Assembly (NCBI GenBank): GCA_002633005.1
Contig: NMRA01000183.1
Span: forward strand, 215,640-279,639
DNA: 64,000 bases
Source: Phoronis australis
Lineage: Eukaryota; Animalia; Phoronida
Direction: 5' to 3'
The position numbers and the translations under genes were made by a program. Shown here piece after piece: positions 1-13,210 of the stretch. Every line of letters starts with the position of its first letter. The first letter of the stretch is position 1. The notes beneath the pieces were generated by a model. It had not been told where the DNA came from and ran no database searches. It saw only the letters and a program-made list of their open reading frames with translations.

Positions 1-12
1 ATAGCTGAGGCG

Positions 13-1158
13 ATGCGTTTTGACATGTTGTCCTCTCACTTGGTCTCCGAGCAGATTCCCGCGCCGGAGGGTCTCGCTGCGGACAGCAGCCGACACCTAC
101 CTGCTAGCCCTGAGAGAGCCGAGCCCCTACCCAGCCCAACTGAACATGACGCCAAAGAGAAGTGCATGAAGATATCGACAATGGACCGAACAAACAGTCC
201 AGCGTCCTCTGTTGACGGCGATATTAATCTTGAGGATGGTGAAGAGGATGCACCACTGAGCCCCGTATCGTCTAATTCCGGAAAAGGTAACTTGGTGAAG
301 CCGCCGTATTCCTATATTGCGCTAATAACCATGTCGATTTTACAATCGCCGAGGAAAAGACTGACTTTAAGTGGTATATGCGAGTTCATCATGAACCGAT
401 TTCCCTACTACAGGGAGAAATTCCCTGCATGGCAGAACAGTATTCGCCATAACTTGTCCTTGAATGACTGCTTCATCAAAATACCTCGAGAACCAGGGAA
501 CCCCGGTAAAGGCAATTATTGGACCCTAGACCCTGCCTCAGAGGATATGTTCGACAATGGCAGCTTCTTACGCCGTAGGAAGCGCTTCAAGCGTCAGGGA
601 CTGGAGATGATGCACCAACAAGCTGCGTTTATGGGCGCCGCGGACCCGTACCATCACGGATTTTTATTTCACCAACATCACACCCAACACCCAGCTCTGG
701 GTTTACACTCATTCCACCCTTACATGTCGCCTTTGCCGCCACCAATACCACTGCCGTTACCAACAAACGCTGATCTCAGTAGATTACACTTGAGCTACGG
801 AGTACACTCAGCGGCGGCGGCGGCCGCGTCGCTGTCTGTGCCGGCACCGCTACCAACCAGCGTCACATCAGTTGCCAGCTCTTCGTCGTTACGAGGTGGG
901 TTTACTATTGACAGTATTATGGGAAAGGACTGTAGTAAAAGTACCTCATCTTCACCAACATCATTCCGACCCGTGACTGCGTCATTGGCGTCGACGCCGA
1001 CAGCGACAGTTTCATCAACTCTTATGAAGCCTCTGGAGACACTAATCAGGCCTGGTAACAGTGCTTTCACAGCTCCGTTGCCTCTGCAACTACCATTGAT
1101 AGACAGTGAAAAATATAGACATTACATGCAATCTTGTCTATCGTTATACCATCGATAA
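13..1158 (+). CDS. FoxD: Forkhead box D transcription factor, single exon
   Basis: 381-aa ORF with a canonical FoxD-class forkhead domain ([18 protein letters not shown]...[15 protein letters not shown]...[30 protein letters not shown]), an acidic N-terminal patch and a C-terminal eh1 motif FTIDSIM (901-921). There is no in-frame stop in bases 1-12, so the true start could lie upstream. AATAAA at 1685 and 1981. Confidence 0.97.
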   Translation: MRFDMLSSHLVSEQIPAPEGLAADSSRHLPASPERAEPLPSPTEHDAKEKCMKISTMDRTNSPASSVDGDINLEDGEEDAPLSPVSSNSGKGNLVKPPYSYIALITMSILQSPRKRLTLSGICEFIMNRFPYYREKFPAWQNSIRHNLSLNDCFIKIPREPGNPGKGNYWTLDPASEDMFDNGSFLRRRKRFKRQGLEMMHQQAAFMGAADPYHHGFLFHQHHTQHPALGLHSFHPYMSPLPPPIPLPLPTNADLSRLHLSYGVHSAAAAAASLSVPAPLPTSVTSVASSSSLRGGFTIDSIMGKDCSKSTSSSPTSFRPVTASLASTPTATVSSTLMKPLETLIRPGNSAFTAPLPLQLPLIDSEKYRHYMQSCLSLYHR

Positions 1159-4100
1159 TCTGTGAACGGTATGTGTACGAAATTATTGTTACGTTATTTT
1201 ATTTATTGTACAACAACCACGGTTATTGACGATTGTTTGACATGACTTATTTAGTAATCGAAATGCTTACAAAAATTGACAGCAATGCGTTTTGTTTCAC
1301 AAGCCATCTTTGGCCACGAATTTTGCGCATTTGTTTGCATTGGAATTTAGACTAAAGTCAAAATCAACCTATTCAAAGTGCTGAATGCCTTGATTCAAAT
1401 TTCGCTAGGTTTTCGTCTCTGCGATTAAATGGTGTATTTTTGTTCATTTTTACCAGACTGTCTCAATTTCTGTTCCATTTAACAGTACACAGTAACAAAA
1501 GTATGTTGTTAACAATTTTTATGAGAGAGATTAATATTTCTTTTTTAACAGTTGTCTATAATAACTTTGAAATTAACAGAATTAAGTTGACAAATTGCCT
1601 GTGAATCTTAAGGCAACGAAATGTGAAAATATATTTCTTTATTTCATTAACGACCATTGCCAAATTGACTGTTCTAATTAGTGAAATAAATACGTGCGTT
1701 AAGTAGCAACACGTTTAAATTCATGGCGACAAAGCTTTGAATTATGTTTCAGACTAGCCCAAGGCGCCACATTGTTTCAACATTAAGACTACAAAGACTT
1801 TACCAATGATAATACTGACTTATTTTCCTTCATAAAATTATTGTGTTTTGGCTGAAATAGAAAAGACAGTCAAATTGTTATTTGAAAATGCATTTCTGCA
1901 TCAATGTTTGTGCAACTTCTCTCTGCGTTGTAAATGTTAATGAGAATAGTTACTATTGTTTGTTAGGTGACTTGTTTTAAAATAAAAACAAAATCTAATG
2001 TCTCCATTGTAATTGTTAGTTTTTATTTTAATTTAACGTATTTCACGAGAAGTCATTTTCGGTTTGCGTTATTCTTGTATCCATCCATACATGGCGGGGG
2101 GGACGATTTACTTTTGAATTTAAGCTCCCTGGTTTACCTGTACACTTGATCAACTGCAACACGTTTTTTTACGCTTATTGTGATAAAATTTTAAATCATT
2201 TATGGTCGGTTTGGAGAGAGCTGTAGAGTTAGAATCAAATTGAACCTCGACGAATTTTTTAATTACTTACGGGTTTAACGTTCCTTTTGCGGACTAAACC
2301 TTTATTTACGGCTGAACTCATTCCTCATAAAATGTTATACACTTGCTTGTATTTTGTTATTCTTGTTCCCTTTGATCAGTGGTTCTATATAACTCAGCTT
2401 ACACAAATTATAAACACGATTTTATGCCAAACCATAACATTTATTCAACAAAACATTTTACCTTTTGTAGCATATTAACATTAACTTTTATGGTGCCCGT
2501 CACAATATATTGTTGGTTTATAATTCAGTCTAGCTATTTCATTAAAACCTGGTTTTATTACGTGTTCTTTTAATTATTGCGGACATTTGTGATAACTGTT
2601 TACCTAACAATTTACTGTTGTTATGTTTAACAAACGCGCCGTGTCATTCGAGAGCGCTTAAACCATAGCAATAAAACATTTGATGTCGTCTACTTAGAAA
2701 ACATCGAATGTTGAAATGTTCTCTAATATTGCAGAGAGTTCACAGATTGTCGCAAGTCGATGCTGTAACCATGAATCCACGAGTATGGTCTTGGTCTTTT
2801 TTGACATGATTTTCAGACAAAAATTAATTCAGTTATCGGCGATCATGAATCGCGTCTATTCAAAATTAAATGTCTACATCGCACAAATACGTGCACTACA
2901 GAAGCATTTAATTTTGTGTATTATAACTCCATACATGTTTCGCGCTCTTTTACTTTCGTCGTTGAGATTTACATCATGAAAACCTGGGTTTTGGTTGCTA
3001 TTTTATATCATTGTTGTTAGAATGAAATTCTTTCATTGTAATCCGTCATCTTAGCGAAACGTTAGTTTGTGAATATTTAGTGCAGTCAATCGCAAAGTGA
3101 ATGCCCATGGACCTGTTATTAACGAGCGACACAATGAGCACATTGAATTTTGTTAAGTAAAAACTTGGTAAATGTTTTCAATCAGTGTCCAAACAAATGA
3201 TAGAGAACATCGACAAGTTATCTAGAGTGACCATCGCGTCCGATATTTCAAATCACAATGTGATCGTCCTACAGATACCCCAACTAAAAGAGACGTGTTT
3301 TGTTTCGAGGGTGACAAACAGAATTTAATCCGTCATCGGTCGTGTTAGTTAGATATCAATAGGAAGAGAGGATTGATTCCATTTATCTTAAATTCGGCGC
3401 ACGAATTTTTTCCAGAGCAACGTTGTCAAACACAACGTCGTTAAATTCCTTCTCGTCTCACACCCAGTGTTATCAGTCTCAGATTTACGACTGGTGGAGT
3501 TTCACCTACCCATATTTATGGCTGTTACCTACACTTGGTCGTAGCTATTATCTTTTTAATAAACTGGTCTTTTTGTTAGTAGGGTAAATGTTTATCGTAG
3601 AGTGTTTTATGGGTATTTATATGGCAATTTTTACCCGGGGGTACGCTTTAATCTCCTCAGCCGTGATGTGTGCTTCAGTCATGTGAAAATGGAAATACAA
3701 GCCTTGGCAACTGAGAGAAATCTGGCGGAGCAATTGTCGTTCTTGTAGACAACATTTAAGCGATGGTTAATTGCATCAGTCTTAGATAATATTGACTGTA
3801 ATATAAAAATGGAAATATACCCTTGTTGATTTGAATTGCTTTTGGCCTAAGTTGACAGAACTTGCCCAGCTGACGTCAAACATGGAGAACACAGAATGTA
3901 GTGATGTAGAACACCATGACTCGAGTGAAAGTGAGGCCTCACGGGCTTTGTACTGACCGAAACAAAATGGGTGCCGTTCTTCACACTATGCACTCTGTCA
4001 ATATAGCAATGCATTACCCCTGGGATCGCTGCATTCAAGGAAGACATTCGCTTGTGCACCGCTTGGACGTTTTCGCTCACTGGTGTTGTTCGTGCGACTG

Positions 4101-7100
4101 AGACGAATAGAGGCAAAACCGGATTCATGACTAAACGAATTTTGGAACTTAAGAAAAGAAAACGTGTGTTCATTAGAAAAGGACTTTATTAGCGAGAGTG
4201 CCTATTTGGTTTACGAGGGATGGAAATATGGCGTCACACTTGACATAGACACCTGAAAACTCAATGCTACATGTAGTTTGTCTGCTGCTGTTCTCGTAAG
4301 GTGGCACCACAAGTTAAAACCGTGTTCTTCAGCTGTACATCTTGAAAGACCTGACTTGTCATATAATGCAATACTTAGTCGTTGACGTAGCCTCTCTTTC
4401 TGCCCAATAGCGTGACGGCAACAAACCGTTCTTGCCACGATTTCGCAAATCATTGAGTAGATTCCCTCTTCATCTGCTGCTTGTATTATTTATAGTGTGT
4501 TTTGCTGGCTAAAAACAAAAATCGATTCGGACTTTTTAATCTCGTAAAATCGGCCCCGTAATATTGCTTACCGTGACAGCATTCTAACAGGTTAAACAGC
4601 GAAATCGACAAAGACTCAAGAAAACGTTTCAGAGTTTATTGGAATTAGACAAACCTAAAATTTTGAATTTGAAAATGGCGCATGTATGGATTGTCTGTGA
4701 TTCGATTTGGCACTGAACGGAGATAATATCCTATCACTGTAGATATATTATGAGACCGATTTTAGTAAAGTACGCGGCCTGATTCGATTTCAGGTTTTAG
4801 CCAGCTAAACAGGGCGAAGTATAGCTTTAAACAGTTATTTTACGGTATTTTGGAGTGCCGTCGCGTCCAGTGAAGCTGGGCGCGACCCCGGAATTTCCAT
4901 ATTAACCTTATCATCCTCTTGTACTGTTGAGAGGCAATTTGGTAGCGGTGTTTTTAAAGTTTTATATCGCTTGAAAACTTCAGTACCTGGTCGCCTTGTA
5001 TTAGCGGAACAGCGTAACGCTGATAACACGTCATTGTACTGGGATGATTTATAAGACACAGTGTAGACAACGGGAATAGATCAAGAATTAATATCAGCTC
5101 GTACCTTTTCGTTGTACTTCGTTTGTTCGTGGGAATTGACTTGACTGCAATCAGAAGTTTTAACTCACAAAGATTGAATTGCAATTCTGACGCAGTTCTT
5201 AATTTTCTTGTTTCTCAACGTCTCTGTATTTTTGCCTGCGAATTAATATGTTCATTGTTATTTTTTTACATTCTTTGGCATTTGCACGTGAAATTGTTCT
5301 TCCTGTACATTACGGGCTGTAAACAAAATTTAGCATATTATACACTACTATTTATATTTATCAGTAATAAAGACTGCAGAAAGTGTTACGCACGTATACG
5401 TTTGTCATTGTATAATCATTAAATTTGCGAATACTACGCCAAACTTTCAGTTGCCCCAAAAATAATTCTCGTGGCTTTTTTCAGAGGTTTGGGGGACATT
5501 TAGGAATGTGACGGTACACACGTCCAATTACAAGAATCAAGAATTTTATAGAACATGAACTAATTAATCACCCTTCCTGTTTATGGCAGTTTGTTGGTAT
5601 CTGTCGGCTCCCCCGCTTTCTGTTCCGCCACAAGAGGTCGATCGGGTCGATAGCGCCTCTTTGAATCCGTTCTACTTCACATTTATCAAACTTTGAGCAC
5701 AGCTATTGAGAATTTCTTTTGAATTCCATGATAAGATACAACGGATTGTAAAAACATTTGCAAAGCACAATTTGAAGTTGTAAACACACGTTTTCTCTTC
5801 AAAGGACCTATTTAGATAGTTGAAGAGAGACCGAGTGCTGGTTTACGGCACCTTGGAGTTGTGGCGGCCGCTCTTGAGTCAGACGTAATGGCCCCAGAAG
5901 AGCGGTGATGTTGACGGAATGTTGCGCAACGTGTTTCAACTATTACATAAAACAATAAAGCAATTAATCGGCGTTGATATTTGTGGGATATTTTGTTAAT
6001 ATTACTGCCATAAACCTTTAGATGTGGGAAACCGGAGTGTTGAGACGCCCGACGGAGGGCTATTGCGCCATAAATTTTCATTACAAATTGTTTAGTGTTC
6101 CTTTTTAGCTTGAGCTCGCATAATTTGATACAAAAATACGATTTATCTATCTTATTATAAGGAGATTTTGTGAAAACACAATGTTCACGATTAATAATTT
6201 TCACCAATTTTACACACTGTTGGAGATGAACGGCCATGGAATACGTTTTGAAGGTGTTGTCTTTTGTGAAACGCCTCTTTCGTTAGTTTTAAACGCAATC
6301 TCCTAACATCTGCATTACCAACTAAGCTAAATTTCTGCCTAAACGGTACACTCAAACTGTGACCAATTAATATTGTAACTAAACTTAATCGATTGACATT
6401 TTAAACGCATCAAACAAAGTTATAAATGTGCGATTATTGGTTAGCTCAGTTTATACCATGACTGCCTCAGTAGGAAATAACACCTTATCATTGCCTCGTA
6501 AATATTGTTGATAAGCGTTTGAGCAAGGTTCAGTTACAGTTTCCATTAATCACTACGAAGAATTCAGATTAACTACGAGGTGTGGGAGAAAGTGGACTTC
6601 CAATCACAGATGTCAATCCAATCATTGACAGGTTTAGAAAATAGTGCGGTGACAGTAGTCTACCCATTTATCCTGACAATAAAAATTACCTATTGGCTTG
6701 AGGGGCTCGTTGTCAGCGAGTTTGTATTAAAGTGGTTCAAAATTCCTAAAATGCAATTGGATTGGCAATGAGTGTTTTGGACTCTGACCAACCCTCTTCT
6801 TCAATCAATGTGTTAAAAGATAGGTATTTTGACTGTTTACTTTGGACTTTTGTGTCAACATATTTTTTAGTGTTGAGCTGAGCTGAATAAACATTTACGT
6901 GTTTTAGAAACACACTGACTTTGCTTTGGCCTCATTACATGCTGTGAGGAGCCCGGATGTTGAACTAAAAAATGACACTTTAACAATGTTTGATTGGCTA
7001 GTGTTTGTTCAACAAACACGACCACGTGACCATGTTTCTCTTTGCAACCCAACCAACACAACGTGTCAATTTTCTTCCGTGTGCTACGTCAACATGTACT

Positions 7101-10100
7101 TATTTTTACCTAAAAATCTCACTTGCACAAAATATATATAATCTCCCGCGGTGTGTGGCCAAAACTGGTTGCCTAATTTATTTCGACTCCGGAATCTGCA
7201 CACGTGTGACGTCTTAAGAAATAGTCCAAAATGAGAGCTTAAGCTTGTTCATTCTACATGTCGTTTTAGTGGCAGTTGCTTCTCTTATTAAATCCAGACA
7301 AAGGAACTGATCTACAGATCGTATAGAAAAAGCCGTCATTCATTCTCCAGAAGACAGTAAATCGTCGATTCTATCTATTTATTGCCAATTGTACGAAAAA
7401 TGTGCACCCTTATAACATACTTTGTTTAAATGAGTTGAATTCCTGTACCTGTTCATAATGCTTTTTAGGAAATCGTGTATTTTAAAAAACAAAATATGTG
7501 TATCATATTTAATCCTAGTTCGCTGATGAAGATACAGAGTATACACATGTTACCGGTGGACAGTTTTATTCTTGATGTCTCTTTCTAGTATTTATTTGTT
7601 AGGTACATTATTAAGTTTTCTGGTCACAAATACTTGAGTTTACAAATACCGCGTGTGAAGTCTGAGAGTCTTAAAATTATATTTGATAATGTAGCCAAAA
7701 GGGTCGTCTGAATTGAACTAAATATACTCTTACTTGCCGTTACTATTGAAACATAGAATATATTGAGACGTGACATTTACGCACACGTTTATTTTACCAC
7801 TTTCAAGATGATAGTCTTTCACGAAGTTACGCTGTTGAATAAACTGTTCAGCAGGTTAAAATAAAATTTGTATTACATGTATAATCAGTCCGACGTTAAA
7901 AGATAAGTCGAGAGCTCTGGCCTTTCGTGTACAATAAATTTACCGTCATAAAACTAACAGTTTGGGTAATAATTTTAGTTTTACGAGTTTGTTTTTCTAA
8001 AGCCTTCTGAATGCAATAAAAATGCTGCGATAACAGACCTGATATTGAGTTTGATTACCCTCCAGGTGGCGTGCAGTCACGGGTTACCGTCTCTTGACGA
8101 TCTAGAGGTTTCATAACAGTTAAGCTTAGATGGTGTATTTGCCCATGTTGATAACTGCTTTGGGTTCGTTTTGTTCGTATCGTATTTTAACGGTTCTTTT
8201 TTCACTTTCCGAGCAACTTGAGACTGGACTATTCTTTATTTATGTATCTATTTTTATAAACACCATGGTACATGTACCAACAACGCCTAATATGTTTAAC
8301 AAAACAATTCAAAAAGTTTGTTCTGTATTCGTCATTTTTACCACATACGACTTAATACTGAATAAATGAAAACGTTTAAGTTCAAAAGACGTTGCAAAGG
8401 ATTTTAACATGTCGATCACATTTCGGACTGTAGAGTCTTTAAAAGTAACAACATTTGAAACAGAAAGGGGTTACCAAATATTTACTGCATCTTACATCTT
8501 ACGTGTGGTTATGGTATTACGTTTATTTCCTACGACACTAGTCTCTGTTACTTTTGGTTTGTACAATTAACTGCCAGGTTTTATCCATTCGTTTCATTTT
8601 CATCCTCTTGAAGAAGTATTGATTTGGTCTGGTATGCGTTTCTTCGATGACAAAATAGATTGACTAACGTGTATTTGTCTGAAAGTTGTGAAGCCAACCA
8701 GACGAGTGAGTGTAGCGGAAGATGGCAATTGCTGATTTTGCGCACAAGCTTGGAAGTATAATAACTATTGATTTAACGAATCGAAATCTATTCAATACTT
8801 AAAAGACGAATACGATTAGCTCATTGCAGTATGTTTGCCGTGCGACATTCATCTTAATCATGCATAATAATTGTTAAAATTATGATTAATTCTTATTTTT
8901 AAAAAAGAACCAATTATTTTAAAAAATCAAGTATAATGTGCATTCCGCCTTGATCGCTCTCGCTGTTCCGTGTCGATGCACTACTTACAATAATCAATTG
9001 TTTGCAAATAAAAATAAATTGCATAAACGTATTAAATAAACAATTTTTTTCTTCGTTTACTCGCACCTGGTTGCCTACCGCTTGAGTTCGCCCTATGTTT
9101 GCACGAGTACGTCCAATGGGTGGTGAATGAGGGATAAAGAACCTAAATCCTAATCCCCAACACTCTACTTGAAAACAGTATACGACATATGCAGCGTGTT
9201 TACCTTGGGGTTTTAACACGCGACAATTGTAGATTATGATGTTGAATAATTTTAAAGGCTATCTTGGTGTCGAGTGGCGGTTTCACCTTCTGGCTGGAGG
9301 GCTGATGTATGTGAAGGGTCGACCTAATAAGTTCATTCATGAACATCCGAGATCTTTAGTTGCTCGCCTTTCTGCTCATGCCACTACGACTCGCACGTTG
9401 GGTAACCTTGACAACGAGGAATTTTGNTCTATTTCAAAATCCGGTTCACGTATATTTTTAACTTAGTAAACTTTATTTTCATTGAATTGTAAAGTAAGGC
9501 AAGGGAATCCCAGACCTTTGTCCTTACTTATGTTGAACTGGGAGAATAAAAAAAAAACAATAATAATAATATTAACAATGCGTCCATTGTGGAAATGCTG
9601 ATAGTATTAGCAATTACGGAGACCTACGAAATAACAATTAACGTTTGCTAATCAGTAGTGCTAACGTAGCATTTATTGCTTGTTTTACTACACGTTTTTA
9701 TTTTGTTTATTTAAGATTGAAGACTAGTTGCAATTTCCAGTTTTACGTGGAAAGACAACCGGGACCCGAATTGCGGTTTGGATGAACTCCCAGCATCCGC
9801 CGGCATCTGACACGTATTTGGTCATTTTGAGTTACCAGCGTCATCCGATTTGTTTTTGAAGAGGTCGTATGCGCACAATACTATGTTGATGACTGGAATT
9901 TGTCCACTTGGTTGTCCTTTGTCAACAGATAAACAGCATGTTTTGAGTTATTGCGCTGACATTTTTGATCGCACTTGGTACTGGTCGGCGTGAATAGAAC
10001 ACCTCCTTAGTGCAATAAAGCCGAGGTTTAGATCATTCATACAAGAATTCAACATGCACACGTACTCTATTTATTCCTCTGTTTATACCCACGGCAGCTT

Positions 10101-11195
10101 ACATATCGTATTAATGTATTATACAATAAGTTTATTTATAAATACCTTTATTCCCATTTCAATACCAATGCCATGGGTTTCAGAAATAGACTACTCTAAT
10201 AGCTTCCGTGACGTTTGTCGTGGACTGTAGCTGGTGTATCGATCATAATGCCCACGTACAATGGGAAAATGTAGTGTAGTGTTATTTAACAGGGAATTAA
10301 TTTTAAATCTGATTCAAGTGGTACGTCAATATTACCCAGTTGTCAGTCATGAGGCAATACAAAGATTTCTTGATTCCGAAATTAGAGACGTGAACCGTGG
10401 ACGGTCCCTGTTTCGGTGGTCTCGTAGGATTACTGGCACAGATTTGTTTTCGTAAACTTGGCATGTCTCGATCGGCCTCTGCCTGTACATTTTTCGTGGA
10501 AAGTAAAGAATGTTTAGAACAAATCTTTAACTGTGAGACAGAAATTTACCGGCTTATTTTTCCCATTTGTAATATACATATACATGTACATGTAGACCTG
10601 CAGTGCAAGATGACATGTCTTGAATTTTTTAAAAAAACAGTAAAACTGAAAAAAGATTATTTTCAGGAAAATTGTTCTTACTTTGGTCTGACTTGTCACA
10701 TCTGTTGGAATAGCTTTTTGCTTGCGATCTGGGATTGCGTATGTTTGTGTGAGAAGTTTAAAATAGACTGTGGACTTGTATTTTACATACCTTTGTATAA
10801 TTTGAACGATTGGGACCAAATAAAAATGTTGAAAATGGAATCGAAATACGACAGACTCTTAGTTTGTAATTCACACGTTTTAAATTTGAACCATGTCATG
10901 GTTACGGAATGCGTGTTTTCGCTCACTGAAGTCCTTAGTTTAACATAGCTTTCATTAGATCTGATATTGAACATGGTTACTTTACACACAACCGGTGTAA
11001 ATGTCATGTGTGTACCACAATCGCCGATAAAGTTCATAAAACTTGATCGAAAGTTACAACGACCGATAGAAGTTTCCTGTATTTTGGCTGTATCAAAGCA
11101 CTAAAGCGGTGCGTCACAAGCGAGTTTCATTTGATGATAAAAGGTGGTGTTTGGTTTCCTTCAAATGCTGCGCGTTGCTGTGTACGTAAGCATAC

Positions 11196-11241
11196 GTGGT
11201 CGTGGTCGTAGTCGTAGCCGTGGTCGTGGCCGTAGTCGTGG
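11196..11241. repeat. Degenerate (GTGGTC/GTAGTC)n hexamer repeat
   Basis: gtggtcgtggtcgtagtcgtagccgtggtcgtggccgtagtcgtgg seen directly. Confidence 0.85.
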
Positions 11242-11349
11242 TAAGTAGATTATTCATTTCTACGGGTCACGAAATATTGACCGTTGCATTAACAATTAAA
11301 TGTACCTAGTCTGACTTGGGCTCATTCTTCACTTCAGAAATAGAAATAA

Positions 11350-11460
11350 GAATAATATTAATAATGATAATGATACTAATATTCATATAATAATGATGAT
11401 AATGATAATAATGATATTGAATTATAATACTTTTATAAAATAAATAATATAAAATATATA
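11350..11460. repeat. Degenerate (TAA/TGA)n microsatellite
   Basis: aataatattaataatgataatgatactaat...gataataatgat seen directly. Confidence 0.8.
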
Positions 11461-13210
11461 TTTACTCTAGTATACGTACATGCTGTATACCGACTTCGCA
11501 AATTTGTCAAATTGTCTATGAAATACTGATTTTACTATTTTAAAGCTTCTAATTTGCTGTAGTTTAGAAATTAAGGACTCAAAGAGGAATATTAAGAAAA
11601 AATTCGTTCTAATTCAATAATAAAGTGTGCATACAAATAAAAATACAGCTCATCTTCATGATTATGAAGCACATTTCTCATTGTTTTCAAAAAGCTGTGT
11701 GTTTTCTAGCTTTGTTTCATAGAAGTATTTATGATGAGACAGAAATTGGCTATGTCTAAACAGACCCGCCAGGGAGCCACTCTCTGTTAGATAAACCTTT
11801 TCCTAACGTCGTAGCTCATGCGATCACAAGGTGCGCTAATTAGCTCATTTTAATTACTTACCTGGGGTTAATGAGCGTGCTAGTGAGCTACCCGCCACCC
11901 GCCGCGCTACCTAACTATTGACTGCGACGGACTTCTCGCGGGCTGAACGCATCATTACGTAAATATTTAATCTGATTTAAACAAGGGGGTGTCGGCCAGC
12001 GCTGCTGCGCATCACATCATCCAAACAGTATGGTTATTTAATGTCACGAGGTTGATTTAGCAAATCACAATACGTGGTCAATTAGTTACAATTATGTATA
12101 GATTGACATAGTACAAGGAATTGTTAAAAAGCTCCCACTGTGCGCAACTAATATTTTAAGAGAATTTGATAATCATGACTGCTTTGTGTTCCTGATTTAT
12201 CTTTACTCGTCAATGTATGAAATGTACCCAGGTATAAAATTAATTTGGTCTCCCGTGCTTATTTTTGAATGGTGAAATAATTTACCACAAAAAGGTTTTC
12301 AGTTGTAGTCGATTTCGAGAACGCTGGGGGCTCCATTGATGTGTAAAATTTCTTCACACACTTTCTTTTCAAGTGGTTTTAGATTAGGCTTCTAAACAAC
12401 AAATCCAGGAACGCGCACTCCTTGATTATTGGAAGAGTGAAACGAAGCCACTGGAGTGTGTGTAATGTAGATGTAAGACACTCGGGCAAAAGCAATATCA
12501 CGCAAAACCACGCAAAATCGCGCGAATGAAAGGCAAGTGTTTCTCTAATATACTCAGGACCAGTGACGCAGTGAAGGTTTTAGCGCTCCGTGCAAAAGTA
12601 CCCATTGGTTTCTCCATAGACATTGTGATGTCTATGGGTTTGTCAATCATTAGTGACATATTTGCTTTCAGTCTACATTCCCTAATTCTCAAGACTAAAT
12701 TACGGATAAAATGACTAATTACATCAACGCTTTGTTTTCTTGAAACACTCTTGTCATAATGATGAACAACAAGAATGAACAAAAAACGTGACAAGATTGG
12801 AAAGTGATGTTTGAAACATTAAAAAGTCTTCTTTGCCCGCCTCTCTCTCGTGAATGACGTCATCAAAGTAGATGTAATGAGATGCTTCGTAAAAGTGCAA
12901 GGTTGCCATGGTGATCTGTAGTCATTGTGTACTCCAGGCAAATTTTCATGAGATGATTTGCGTAAAGATCTCTTGCAACTTGCCAAAGAGAAATTATTCC
13001 CAAGTGGCCTAGTAACCTGATGCAGCAAGCTATGACAAAATACTTATTTCGCGTTTTGTAAAATCTGGTTTCAAACCGAAATTGAACCATCTAAAGCATT
13101 CGTCTACAGACAAATTATGGCATTTATGGTAACTGTTGACTAAAATAAATGTTGACATAGCAGAATTTACCTGTACCCTCGAGAAGTGACGCCGAGTAAC
13201 ATTTTGTTTT

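Noticed and set aside
795-1070. Antisense ORF within FoxD (and similar ones inside the 37-kb and 46-kb genes)
   Set aside because: Shadow frames of real coding sequence with no independent signals
3847-4453. Possible Harbinger transposase relic (AAIPGVMHCYIDRVH resembles FPGVIGxIDxTH)
   Set aside because: Single weak motif, other motifs missing or out of order; needs BLASTX
7880-7940. Third hammerhead-like remnant (gtcgagagctc..aataaa)
   Set aside because: Neither CTGANGA nor GAAA is intact
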